From Geosiphon pyriformis uo1 (lineage: Eukaryota > Fungi > Glomeromycota), in NCBI GenBank assembly GCA_016748015.1, contig JAAOMT010000386.1:1-64000 (forward strand): a DNA stretch of 64,000 nt. Reading direction: 5' to 3'. Positions within the stretch are counted from its first letter, which is position 1; every line of letters starts with the position of its first letter. The notes under the pieces were generated by a model. It ran no database searches. It saw nothing but the letters and a program-made list of their open reading frames with translations, and was not told the origin of the DNA. A program made the position numbers and the translations under genes. Positions 51,113 through 62,477 of this stretch are shown piece after piece.

Positions 51113-52000
51113 TGTTACAGGTAATTATTTTTGCTGTTGAATTAAATAACAAACCTGTAACTTGGTACTTAAAAGCTATTATGAACGTGGATGTTGGTAA
51201 TCTAAAGATTTTTGTATCTGAAGATTTTGGTGCAAGTCCTTTGTATAATAAACAAAAATTCAATAGCATCAATAGTAGATGTATGCTTCTGAGAGTTTTT
51301 CCAATTTCTGTCTTAGTGTGGTGACTGGATTTAGTCTGGCAGTCATGCTCTTCTGGTAAGCTATCTGATAATATATAAAATCCTACTCTTATTTTTGGGT
51401 CTTTTATTAGGCTATTCTTGACATTAATAACTCAGCACTCAATTTTTAATCAATTAGTATACAACAACAAAGAAAATAAAATAAAGAAAAGAAATAAAGA
51501 AAAAACAGAAATAAAATAAGGAAATAAGCCAAGGCAATTTTGATTAGTATCCCGTCAATAGCTGTGATCAAAAGCTATTGTTCCAGCATAGTTAAGCATT
51601 CATTACTATCAACATGAAGTTGATAATAGAAGATAAATTGAGATATAAAAATAGTTATTTATTGATATTTGTGATGTGAAAGGATGCTTAGATTAAATCT
51701 AACTTAGATGTCTGTCTTTTCTGTTTCTAACACTATTCTTATATATACATAATTGAAATTCCTCAATTCCTCAATTCTTTGTGACAGGAATTCTGGGATT
51801 TCTGAAATCCTGCAATTTCTGATGAGAAGAATTCTGGAATTCTGGAATTCTGGAATTCTGTGATTTTTTTTGAAGAATCTTGAAATTCCTGGAATCCTAC
51901 AATTCCTGAGAGGAATCCTAGAATTCCACATTTTTACTGCATCTACTTCTGATTGGCTAATTTATATACTAATATAATTCTTATATTTTTATGAGTAACA
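51113..52000 (-). repeat. 5' LTR of D (888 bp)
   Basis: Minus-strand TGTTAC...GTAACA termini; repeat of 41903-42760. Confidence 0.94.
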
Positions 52001-53408
52001 TTGTTTGCTCTGGATGTGAATTTGTCAGCTGTTCCTGGCAGAACTAATAGTAATAAGTTCATTTCAATCAAAAATTTTTTTTACAAAATTGATGGTTTTA
52101 GGGGAGCTTCAACTCCTTCAAAATTTCCTGGTGTTATTTGTTTAACTTTTACAAGTGAGTCTAGTTTGATTAAGGCCAGGAAAATGGCAGTCCATAAGAA
52201 AATTGTTGTCAATGGTAATCTCAAAAAAGCAAACATTCGTTTGAATTGGGAAGTGATCATTAAGGAGATCCCAGTTGATCTTCCAAAGTTGGCTGTGAAA
52301 TCAGTTTTTCTAAATTTGGCAAGATCGTTTCCATTAGGATGCAATTGATTGGTTTTTGGCAAAAGACCCTGATTGAATTTGAGTCATCAGAAGTTGCCAG
52401 TTTGGTCGCTTCTAAGTGGTTTGTTCTTATAAGAAAGAATTTGGTTTGTGTAGTGCTGACCGTCAATGATAAACAAATATGGGTGCCAAAAGATTGTCAT
52501 TGGGCTTTGCTCTATATTCTTCCAGTTGGTACTTCAGCTCATGATCTATCAGATTTGTTGATATCATATGGTGGGAAAACTTGTTTCATTGGCCGCAATC
52601 CTGGTTCATATGTCCGCAATCAGTGTGCAATCATTTGTTTTGAGAATGAGAATGCCAGATTGGCTGTTGTTAGTACCATTCCAATTTTCAAGGATGTTAG
52701 TTTGTGTTGGACTAGTCTTGTTTTGGCTAGCTGTACCAAGTGTGAACAGTTTGGTCATACCACTACCAACTGTTCTGTGGGTAGAAGTTCTGGTGTTCAT
52801 GAAAAGAGGGTGGTTTCTAATCAGGATCAGATTTGTCTGGCTGATATATATAAGAAGAAGTCAGCTCCTATTGCTCATCCAGTTTCGTTTGATGGCAAAA
52901 CATGGGCCCAAGTTGCTAGTAACATCTCTTCCTGTGTGTCTCTTTCTGGTTCTCTTGGTTCTGGTTTGTGTTCTAGTTCGGTTCCTCCTTTAGTGATCCC
53001 TGATCATCTTGTTGTTTCCTGTTTGAGTGATCATTTGGCAGTTTTGGAACACTCTTTGGAGCTTTTGGCTAACTGTGTTTCTGGCATTCTGGTTAGGTTG
53101 AATTCCTTTGGTGTGATTTCTTTGATTCTTTCTTCACTGGCCCCCCCTCCTGTTGTTTCTGCAGCTTTGAGTTCTGAAGTGAATTTAGATATGATTGTGG
53201 ACAATGCTTTAAGCTATTCTGATATTACTCCCTCTGTCACTATTGATGCTGTTGTCAACCTCAGTGCTAGTAGTTCCAAGGTTCTTACTGCCAAGGTGGG
53301 CGGTTTAAAAACAAAATTGGTCACTTTGAAGGCTTCAGTTGGTTCGGTTTTGGATAAGTTGAATCTTTTGTGCTCTGGTTTAGATCTGTCAGCTCCCATG
53401 TTATCTCA

Positions 53409-56400
53409 ATGACTCACTTAATTTGGAAGATTGTCATGTGCAATGTCAGAGGTATGAACAATTGTGCAAAGCAGGCAAACATTGTTCATTGGCATAAAAA
53501 TATGAACAATATAGTTTTTATTGTCACTGAAACAAAGTTGATGGGAAAGATTTGCCCTTGGATTGCTGATAAGTTTGTTGGTGTTCGTGTTTTTACTTCT
53601 GGACTGAATTCTGGTCACATAAGATCTGGTGTTGCAATCATTTTGGACTCTTCTTTGGTGAAACATGTGTGTAAAGTTTCAGAGGTGCCTGGTTGGCTTC
53701 TGTTAATTAGATTGCTTTTTAAAAACAAACTCTCTGGGTCTATTCTGGGACTGTATGCTGGTGCGTCTTTGACAGTTTGTTTTTCTCAGGCTGACAAGGT
53801 TAACTCTCTCATTGCTAAGACTGTAAATGAGTCCTCCTTTGTTATTCTTGATAGTAATTTTAATGAGAATGGTTCTCACAAGTGTGCAAGTTTCAAAAAA
53901 TGTTTTGATTTGGGTTTGATTAACTCTCTGGAGGGGAGCTTCTTTGTGAAGTCACCCACCTGGTGCAATTTTTGTGGCATCATTAAAATGATTGACTACG
54001 TGCTCATTTTTTCTAATTTGGTTGGTATGGTAGTAAATTGTGGTGTGGATGGCATTGAAAACTATTTTGATATTAATCACAAGACTGTGTCTGTTTCTGT
54101 GGGACTGGGAGGCCTGCTCAATGTCAAGTTGAACTCACTGCACAAACAAGCAAATAGAGATTGTTGGAAGTATGATATCAAAAATGCCAATGAGGTTAAG
54201 TGGTTTGAGTTCAGAGATGCTACGGCTGCTAATGCTGTTATGTTTTTGGATAAGTTTGTTGTAGCTAAGCGGTTTTCTGGTCTGAATGCGATGTGGAACA
54301 TTGTTTATAAGATTATAGTTTTTTTGGCTGGTGGAATGTTCAAGAAAAAATGGTTTAAGAGTTTCAATTGTGTTTTTAATAAGGTGTCTTCCCAGTTTCA
54401 TAAACTGGAGCTACTAGTGTCCAAACTGGTAAAGGCTTCTCAGTTGGTTTCTGGTAGGGATTTTGCTTTGTTGTTGGATACTTGGAACAGGCTTGATTCT
54501 GTGGGTGCTTTGCCAGTAAGATCTCTGTTTCTTTCTGGCTCCAGTTTTAATGCAATCTATTCTGGGCTGGCTAAGGTGAGGAAGTTTTACCACTCTTCTA
54601 AGTTGTTGGAATCTAAGCGTGCTGAAAAATCTTGTATAAGGCAGGCTATTAAAAAGAGGATAGAGAGTTTTGAGGTGGATAAAGGTCATACCATTAAAAG
54701 TGTTTTGGAGCATTTTTTTCATAAAGTGGTATTGGATCATTTGGTGGATGATGGGGAGTTGGTCTTAAAGCCTGAGTTAGTTAAATCTAAGGTGGATGGA
54801 ATTATGGAGGGTTAGACCAAGAAGCGTGTAGTGGCTTCTGATATCTCTAATGACTGAGTAAAGCAATTTCAGTCTTTGGATTATGTCTTTGATAGTGCCT
54901 TCTCTAATGTGATGCATTCAATTGGTTTTGATGAAATGTTTGGTGTTATTTCAAATTTGCCTGATGGAAAAGCGGCTGGTTTTTCTGGTATCATTAATGA
55001 ACTTTGGAAATGTTGTGACAAGTCGGTCTTGGATATGCTTTTGGTGTTCTTGAATTTTTGTTTGGATTGTGAATTAGTGCCTGAACCTTGGAGGGAAGCA
55101 TGGGTCTCAATGATTCCTAAACCTTACAAGTGGGAGGGGATTCTTATAAATACCTGTCCCATTGCTTTAATTGGAACAGCTCACAAGATTCTTTTCAAGA
55201 TCCTTTCAAACCAGATCTCTTTGACTTATAGCACTTTTGATGTCCTCTGTGGGAACAATTTCTCTGTCCTAAAAGATATGTCTACACAATCACCTATCTT
55301 CACTATTGGTTTGGTGATCGAAGATGCTTTGAAAAAGAACCGAGAGTTGTGGCTGGTTTTATAGAATATGCACAAAGCATATGATTCTGTGGATTGGGAG
55401 CATTTCAAGAGGAGTTTGATCAGGATCAAAATGTGTGACAAATTTATCAGATTTTTTGGTTGTATTCATATTGGTCGCACAAACAGAGTAATAACAGATT
55501 TTGGTTTGACTGATGAATATCATGTTCATGATGGATTGGATCAGGGAGAGGTTTTTTTGCCACTTTTTTGGCACATATTTTATGATCCGCTTTTGTGTGA
55601 GGTTAAGAGACAGGAGAGCATTTGTGGTTACAGATTGATTTCTCATTTCATTTTTAAGACTGGCCGGGTAGAATTTCAGGCTGGACTGACATCATTTCTG
55701 GCCACTGGTGCTTTTGTTGATGATACTATTTGGGTCAGTAGCAGCCAGGCTACTACACAACACATCCTCAATGTTGCTAGTGATTTCTTTCATTTAAATG
55801 ACATTTCAATAAACAATAACAAAACTGTGGCCATTCCCATCAACTGTTAGATCACTGCTTTTTATCTGACTATCAGTGATCTGCCAATCTCCATCGCCAG
55901 AAGGAGTAAACCTCATTGTTATTTAAGAATTTTTTTATCTTCTGAAGGTCTTTTAAAGCCTAGCTTGGTTAAGGCGCATTTGGATGTTTGGTTTTTCACC
56001 AATCTTGTTCTAAAAAAAGTTGTTTCAGATAAACAGTTTGCTTATTTGGTATCTTTAGTTCTTTTTCCTATCATCAGCTACAGAACTCAGTTCAGTTATG
56101 TTCCTCTCAGTGTGTGTAATAAATGGGACGCTTTGATTCACAAGGGCCTGAAATCTAAATCTGGGCTGCCTCTGAACTTTCTCAATAATGCATTTCATCA
56201 TTCTTCCTTGTACAATTTAAAGACTTTTAAGCAGATTCAGGCTGAAAGCAAGTTGGCTTCTGTCATTGCTTTTGTGAATTTGTTTGGTGTTTTGGGTTGC
56301 TTGTTCTTTCATATGTCTAATAACCTCCAGGTTCTCAGCTGGTGTTCTCATCACTCTTTGTTGTTTCCTATTTGTGTTAGAGTCAGCCCTTTGAACAACT

Positions 56401-58099
56401 TTTTAGCAGGTGTGGTTCGTGTTTTTTCTGGGTGTGATTTATCTCTGGGTGGCTCTCTGGACAGTGCTTTTTATCTTCAGAGTAGTACTTCTATGTCTCT
56501 AGTTCTCAGTGAGGTGGTTTTCTACAAATGTGTCTCTTCCCTCAAGCATTATGATATTGCTTTTATGGAACAGCTTTGTGACCAGAATGGCATTGTTTTT
56601 GATTGAAAAACTTTCAAGTATTGGAAAAGATTAGACCTCTGTGGTTCGATTCCCTTCTGGTTTGATCTCTCTGTTTATTTTCTTAGTGGTATTGCTTTTT
56701 CTTTTTCTGGTTGTGCTTCTCATGAGAGTGTTTGTGGCTCTTCTGACATCCATCAGTTTTTTGGTTTTGGTGTTATTTGTAATGATCTGTTGAATGTTGG
56801 TGCTGCCTGCCTCTCTGTGTACATGGATGGATCTCTAAGTGACTTGGGTACTGTTAGCATGTTGGTTGGTGCTGCGGTTTTCTTTGAGGACATTAATTCG
56901 GGTCTGGGTGTGGGGTTTCTGGTTTGGTTTCTTCTACTTTAGTGGAGCTGCAGGCTATTGCTTTGGCTCTTAAGTGTGTTCCTTCTTTTTGTTCAGTTGA
57001 CTTGTTTTCAGACAGCCAAGTAGCATTAGATGCTTGCAGGTCAGAGTCTTTATTGGTTGGTCCTGATTACAAGAATTGTTGTTAAATTGAGTGTTGTCAC
57101 ATTGCCAATATCATTCGTCGCAAAAATTTGGATGTTAATTAGATTAAGGTTAAAGACCATTCAGACATTTCAGGCAATGAGCATGCTGATGCACTTGCTA
57201 AGAATGCTGTTATTTCTGTCTGGCACTTGTCCTATTTGGTCAGTGAGAGGTTTTTGAAGGCTGGTGTTGGTAAAGTATCTGATAATTCTAGGCATTTTGT
57301 TCATGACATATTCAGGTCAATCCATCGCATGCATTGGGAGATTAGTTCTGGTTCTTAGGTTGTTCCAGGTTGTTTGCATAATAATATTGACTGGTTGAGG
57401 TCTTCTCTGGTTTGGCATCCAGACTCCTACTTGGCTTTGGGCTTTACTAGTGTGCAAACTACTGGTTTTTGAACATACTTTATAAAGGCTCTTCATTGTT
57501 GGCTTCCTGTTACTGTGCAGAAGTATTTATATAATAGGTGTTATCCCAGTGTGATGTGTTTGTTTTGTGGTGATGTTGAGGTCTTAGACCATGTTTTTTC
57601 TTGTCTGTTTGATGCTGCTGGTCGTGCTCAGTTGCTAAATGCTCATGCAATGGATTGGGAAGTGCATTCTGGTTTGGTTCAGTCTTTTTCATGTGTCTTA
57701 TGGTTGTTGTCTTCTTGTGTTGCTAATGTTGCAGTTGGTGCTGCTCTGTGCAAGAGCTTTGTTTTTGGTGATTGGTATTATGAATTGGTTTCAGTTTTTG
57801 GGGATTCCAAGATTGCAACATTGGTCATTGTGGATTCTGTGCATGCATTTTGTCTCTCTTTTCAGGATAATATTTGGCTGATTCATGCTAAATGCTGGGC
57901 TTTCATGAAGAAGAATGAGCTAATCCCACATGATGGCTCTATTCCGGCTTTGGTTTCTGGTTCTTCTATATTGTTTTCTCCTGGTGTGGTTAGATTATTG
58001 GATATTGCTAAGGCTTTTGGTGTTGGTTTCAGGTTTTGCAAGTCTTGTTTGTTTTTTTCTGGTATTGGTAACAAAGTCTCTGTTCATATAGATGCTTAG
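53409..58099 (+). pseudogene. LINE E ORF2: AP endonuclease, reverse transcriptase, RNase H, C-terminal zinc finger
   Basis: APE: CNVRG, VTETKL, GVAII, IDYV. RT: WREAWVSMIPKP, KAYDSVDW, GLDQGE, AFVDDT. RNase H: VYMDGS, ELQAIALAL, FSDSQ, KDHSDISGNEHADALA. Zinc finger: CLFCGDVEVLDHVFSC. Several stops and one frameshift near 56910. Confidence 0.93.
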
Positions 58100-60499
58100 T
58101 GTTATTCTGATTGGCCTGAGTGGCTAGTCATATGTAGAAAAAGCATGATTCATTTCTAGTTTAGATCATTTGAATAATGTATAGTACTAGTTTGCATTTA
58201 GACTTCACTTATTAAAGGAAAAAAAAAAAAATAAGTAATATTATGTCTTATTTTTATATCTAAATTTTATAATGCTTATTAATTTTTAATTATTATTTTA
58301 TTATACCAAAAAAGTTTTTTATATATTTTATATATTAATTAAATAAAATATATTTAATAAATTTATTTATTTTATATTATTTATATAGTAATTATGTTTA
58401 AAGTAATTTATTTGTTATTATATAGTATATTTTAATTTTAAATTATATATATTATTTAGTATTATATTATAAAATTGCAAAGTTTTTACATAAATAAAGC
58501 AAAAGTTTTCAAACAATATAGTATTATTAGTCTTAATAAAATTGTTTTAATACTCTGTTAAACATTAACTTTATATCTTTAAGATAAAATTAGATTTAAA
58601 ATTTGTTTTTAAAAAATTCCAATGTCAATTAATTCTTATTATATTTTAAATTATAAATAATTTGTGTATATATATTAAAAATATTAGCAATTTATACCAA
58701 TTATAATTTTTATAAGACTTGAAATATTTAATATTTTGTTTTATTTTTTTACTTTAAAGTTAAATATTTATTTTAGTATTTATAAAATTGAAATTATTCA
58801 TTATAATATCAAAAAAATCGTATATTTGACTAAAATTTATTGATCATTTAGAAAAAAAATGCAATATATTAAAAACATTTATTTTATGTTTTTATGCAAA
58901 ATGCTTTCCATGCTTTTTTGTTTATGTTATAATAAAAAGTTTTTTAATATATAGTTTTGTTTACTCTTAATACAAACAATGTTTTTTATTTAAGGAGTCT
59001 TGTACAAATTTTTCTTTGGCCAATATAATTGATAATTTTTTTTTATATATGAATCTTAAGACCTAAATTTAAAATTTCTAAAATAATTAATAATTGAAAA
59101 AGCAATAAAAAATTTAAAAAAGTCTTAAACATATTTAATTTTTATGCAATTTAGCCAAAAAAATTAGTCTTAAACATCTTATTTAAAATTTCTTAAAGTT
59201 AGAAAAAACTTTTAAATAATTATTTGATTGAAAAACACGAATTTTAATTTATTAATATTAGATTTTTTTCTTCTTAAAAAACTTGTTTGGTTTCTATACT
59301 TTTACTTTTTACTTTTATTATGTTTTTATTATTATTTTTTTTATGTTTTTATTTATAAAATTCATTCAAAATAATGTACTTGATTATATTTAGTCCTTAA
59401 ATAATTTGTTGATTTCTTAAAAATGTTTAACAAAAAATAGTTGTTTAATTATTTTCCTAATTAGAAACCAATAAAAATTAATTATATTTCTATTTGATTA
59501 AAAATACACTATTAAGAATATTATTTTTGGAAATAATCGTTTATTGTCTTATTATTACTTGTTTTGTTGCTATTTTCAAAACCCAACTTGGAAAAAAGTT
59601 TTAATTAAAATAGTAAAATATTTTATTTCTGATCTAATTTAAAAAAAGATATATTATTAACATCTATAATTTTCTTATTTATATATACCAGAAATTTTAA
59701 TTATTAATAGTTTTTACCACCCATTAATTATTCAAAGAGGCTTAAATATATTTATAAAATAGCAGCATTCTAAATACAAGATTAGTTATTCTTGTATTGA
59801 TAAAAATTGAATATAATAATCACTTTGGAATATTACAACAAATCTATGAGACTGAATATTTGCATATGAAATTTATGATAATAATGTATAGTGTTTTTGA
59901 GATAGACAATATTTTGTGTTTAGATTTTGAACATAAGATTTATTATTAATATATGAAAAATAGTTTTAAAAATTACATGTTTACTTTTTTTGGTTTCATT
60001 ATATCATGTTTTATATTAAAAAAAAATAACTGCTTTAGGCTTATTTGACTTTTAGTATTTATTTAGGCTTTTAAAATATAACTTTATTTTAAAAATTGAT
60101 AAGAAAATACTTTACAGTTATTTATGTTTATACTTAAAATAGAGGTAAACTTCTTTTAAAATAGATATAAAAAGAAACTATATGTTATAGACCATAACAT
60201 ATTTTTAAACATAATTAAAGAATTGATTTCTTCTCTGCTCCAAGTTTAATAATATTATTAAAGTGGCTATTAATTTAATCAGAACTTAAATTTATTAATT
60301 GTATATATGTTATATATTAATTTATTATTGTTAATTAATCAATCTCTAAAGTAATAATTAACCAAGAAAGTTTGTCAAATATTAAATTTAATAAATTAAA
60401 AGGCATATCTCTTATAGAAAATTCAAGTTTTGAGATTAATTGGCTTGTGTTCTTTTAGAATTAAAACTTTTTTTATGGTTGGATTAATTTAAGTTACAA

Positions 60500-61500
60500 A
60501 TTATTAAGAACAGTTATAATGGTTTTTTGAAATTTTTCTGTATTATTATGACAAAATAAATTATATTGACAACTTTTTTCAATCATTTTACAATTATATT
60601 AAGATATATATGTTTGATTATAAAGCACTTTTCATTAATTATATCAAATTACACATAAATAAGATGTGTATTATTTAAAGATTTTTTTTCTGAAATAATT
60701 TTCCAAAAAATGATTGCAAAATTTTATATATTTTTATTCTTAGTATGTGAGCTTTTTTGCAAATTTTAGATATAAAATATTTAAATATGCTATATATTTT
60801 GCCAAACTGTGAAATATAATCAACAGGATAACAAAATTCAAGATTGAAAATAACAACTTTTAAAAAAGAGTGGTTTCGAAACAAGAATACTTCTAGAATG
60901 TAAATCTCTATGTACTGCTCATGTTCTAAAGAAAGCCAAGCATAATATAGTCTATTGAACATTTTGAATTTTGAATTTTTAACCAAATAAATAAGTTTTT
61001 AGGATTTTTTCTAATGCATTCAAGATATTTTTTTACCAAGTTAACAACTTTTGATTATTTGCTAAGTAGAAAAATGCCCAAATTATCAACAATATATCAA
61101 GCAAGTCGAGGAGTGAAGTTGTATTTTCAATTAATGTAGTTGAAAACATGATTTTCAAAAAATTACAGATGGATTATCAAACTATGAAGGTTTATATGGA
61201 TAAAAAAAAATATTTAACGATTTCATTTTGTTAAAAATTTCAACTCATAATTTTGTTAATCACATTTCTGAAAAAGCTAACTTTCAAGAAATCTGAAACA
61301 CTAAAAAATAGACATTAGTTCATTTTATTACTTCATTTATATTGTTTATACTGGCAGAGATCATCTGAAGCTCAAAAGTTAACTATGCTTATTGTTATTA
61401 ATTGTATTAGTTCTATTTTTAATTGACACTTTGATTGCTTCTTTTAATATTAGTAATAGTTTTAATACCAAGTTTTATATAATTTCCATAACAGAAAGTT
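60500..61500 (-). pseudogene. protein kinase (tyrosine-kinase-like) pseudogene
   Basis: Minus strand reads VHRDLHSRSILV (60915-60880; cf. HRDLHSGNIL), then VIFNLEFC (cf. ISDLG), GKIYSIFKYFISKI (cf. IYG..PY.APE), FAIIFWKIISEK (cf. FGIIMWEI) and DIINEK. Upstream are LLTW*K and IKVSIK. Many stops and frameshifts. Confidence 0.72.
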
Positions 61501-62207
61501 TATCTTGGATTTTAGTGAATTGATAAAATATATTATTTTTTATTCAATAACTGCTTTGTAATAAAAAATTTTATCATTATATAAACATTAATATTAATTC
61601 CAGAATAATTATAGATTATATAGAATTTTCGAAGTTTCAAGGGTTTTTTGCCTCAATTTGTAAATGAATATCTACTAAATAACATAAATATAGAAATCAA
61701 AACCCAAAATTCGAACTATTTGGTGAATACTCAGAATTACATTATTTTAGGCTTGCGAAAATGCAACTCGAAATACATTCTGATAATCTATCCTTTATTT
61801 ATTTAAATTTGATTCCATAATTTCTATTCTACTTAGTTCTACCATAGTTAATATTATTTAAATTTTAGCAGTACCTATAAAACTATTGGAGGTTAATTTG
61901 ATTTGAGAATAATAAGACTGTTAAGAAAGAATAAACATCTTAAGTTAATTAAATTCTTCAATATATAATTTAAAATCTTAAAATGATAAAATTTTTAAAA
62001 TTATAAAAAAAAGCAAAGCTCTTTCGAATTTTCGAAACAATATTTCAAAATATACATTTAAATTTAAAAATTATGATAAAGTAAGTTTAATAAAATATTA
62101 TTATAAAATAGTTGTGATTTATGTAATATTTTTTGTTAAACACATTTATGTAATTGTTAATATAGATGGTATAGATAGAAAAGTAAATATATAAAGTCTT
62201 TAAGCTC

Positions 62208-62477
62208 TACTTTATGTTCCAAATAATGAATTTATTACCTGTCTTGATTATTTCTATTAACGCATCTTGTAATTTTTGCACCTGCACCTTCTATTCATTC
62301 TTGTCTACTTTGCTTTTACTTCCAGCTCTTCTTTCGCCTCTGGTCACATTTTCCTCTTCTCTCAGCTCCTTCTTCAACTCTTTTAATCTACCTGCCTTAT
62401 CACTCTTCATAAACTTTTCTATGCAGTTGTCACACTCATATTCAGCTTTCTTCAATGCTTGTTTCATATTTTTTATC
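62208..62477 (-). pseudogene. charged coiled-coil-like coding segment, possibly an upstream exon of the kinase pseudogene
   Basis: GC-richer island reading IKNMKQALKKAEYECDNCIEKFMKSDKAGRLKELKKELREEE...NE*KVQVQKLQDALIEIIK after a CTAG. Linkage to the kinase is not demonstrated. Confidence 0.35.

Larger units (their letters stand above)
43460..51346 (-). pseudogene. single-frame gag-pol of D (Gag-PR-Cys-rich-dUTPase-RT-RH-IN)
   Basis: ORFs starting at 50974, 49954, 49399, 48385, 47707, 46330, 45889, 45388, 44326 and 44035 share one frame. Motifs CYYCGRQKHIQVNC, LILDSGS, YLDDT, MDASG, LSDQGTHF, LVERFN, GPF. In-frame ATG at 51346 inside the LTR. Confidence 0.92.
41903..52000 (-). mobile_element. 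Ty3/gypsy LTR retrotransposon D, full length (10.1 kb), second lineage
   Basis: LTRs 41903-42760 and 51113-52000, 4-bp TSD TTGT (41899-902 and 52001-004), PBS TTTGGTGCTCCCTG, PPT AAAAGAAGGGAATAA, all pol domains and ORF3. Confidence 0.96.
41368..53412 (+). pseudogene. LINE E ORF1 (RRM-like + CCHC), split by D at 41903-52000
   Basis: Probable ATG>ATA start at 41368 (xKPVGSSAGSSG). The empty site reads SFGPVKLFALDVNLSAVPG. Knuckle CTKCEQFGHTTTNC; one frameshift near 52310. Confidence 0.85.
41228..58229 (+). mobile_element. LINE E, full length (APE-RT-RNase H-zinc finger), interrupted by gypsy D
   Basis: 11-bp TSD AATAAGTAATA (41217-41227 and 58230-58240) and poly(A) from 58219. ORF1 and ORF2 overlap at ATGA (53409-53412). 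Confidence 0.92.

Noticed and set aside
51704-51931. 75-aa ORF with RIPE/NCRI repeats
   Set aside because: It is the translation of the U3 repeat cluster.
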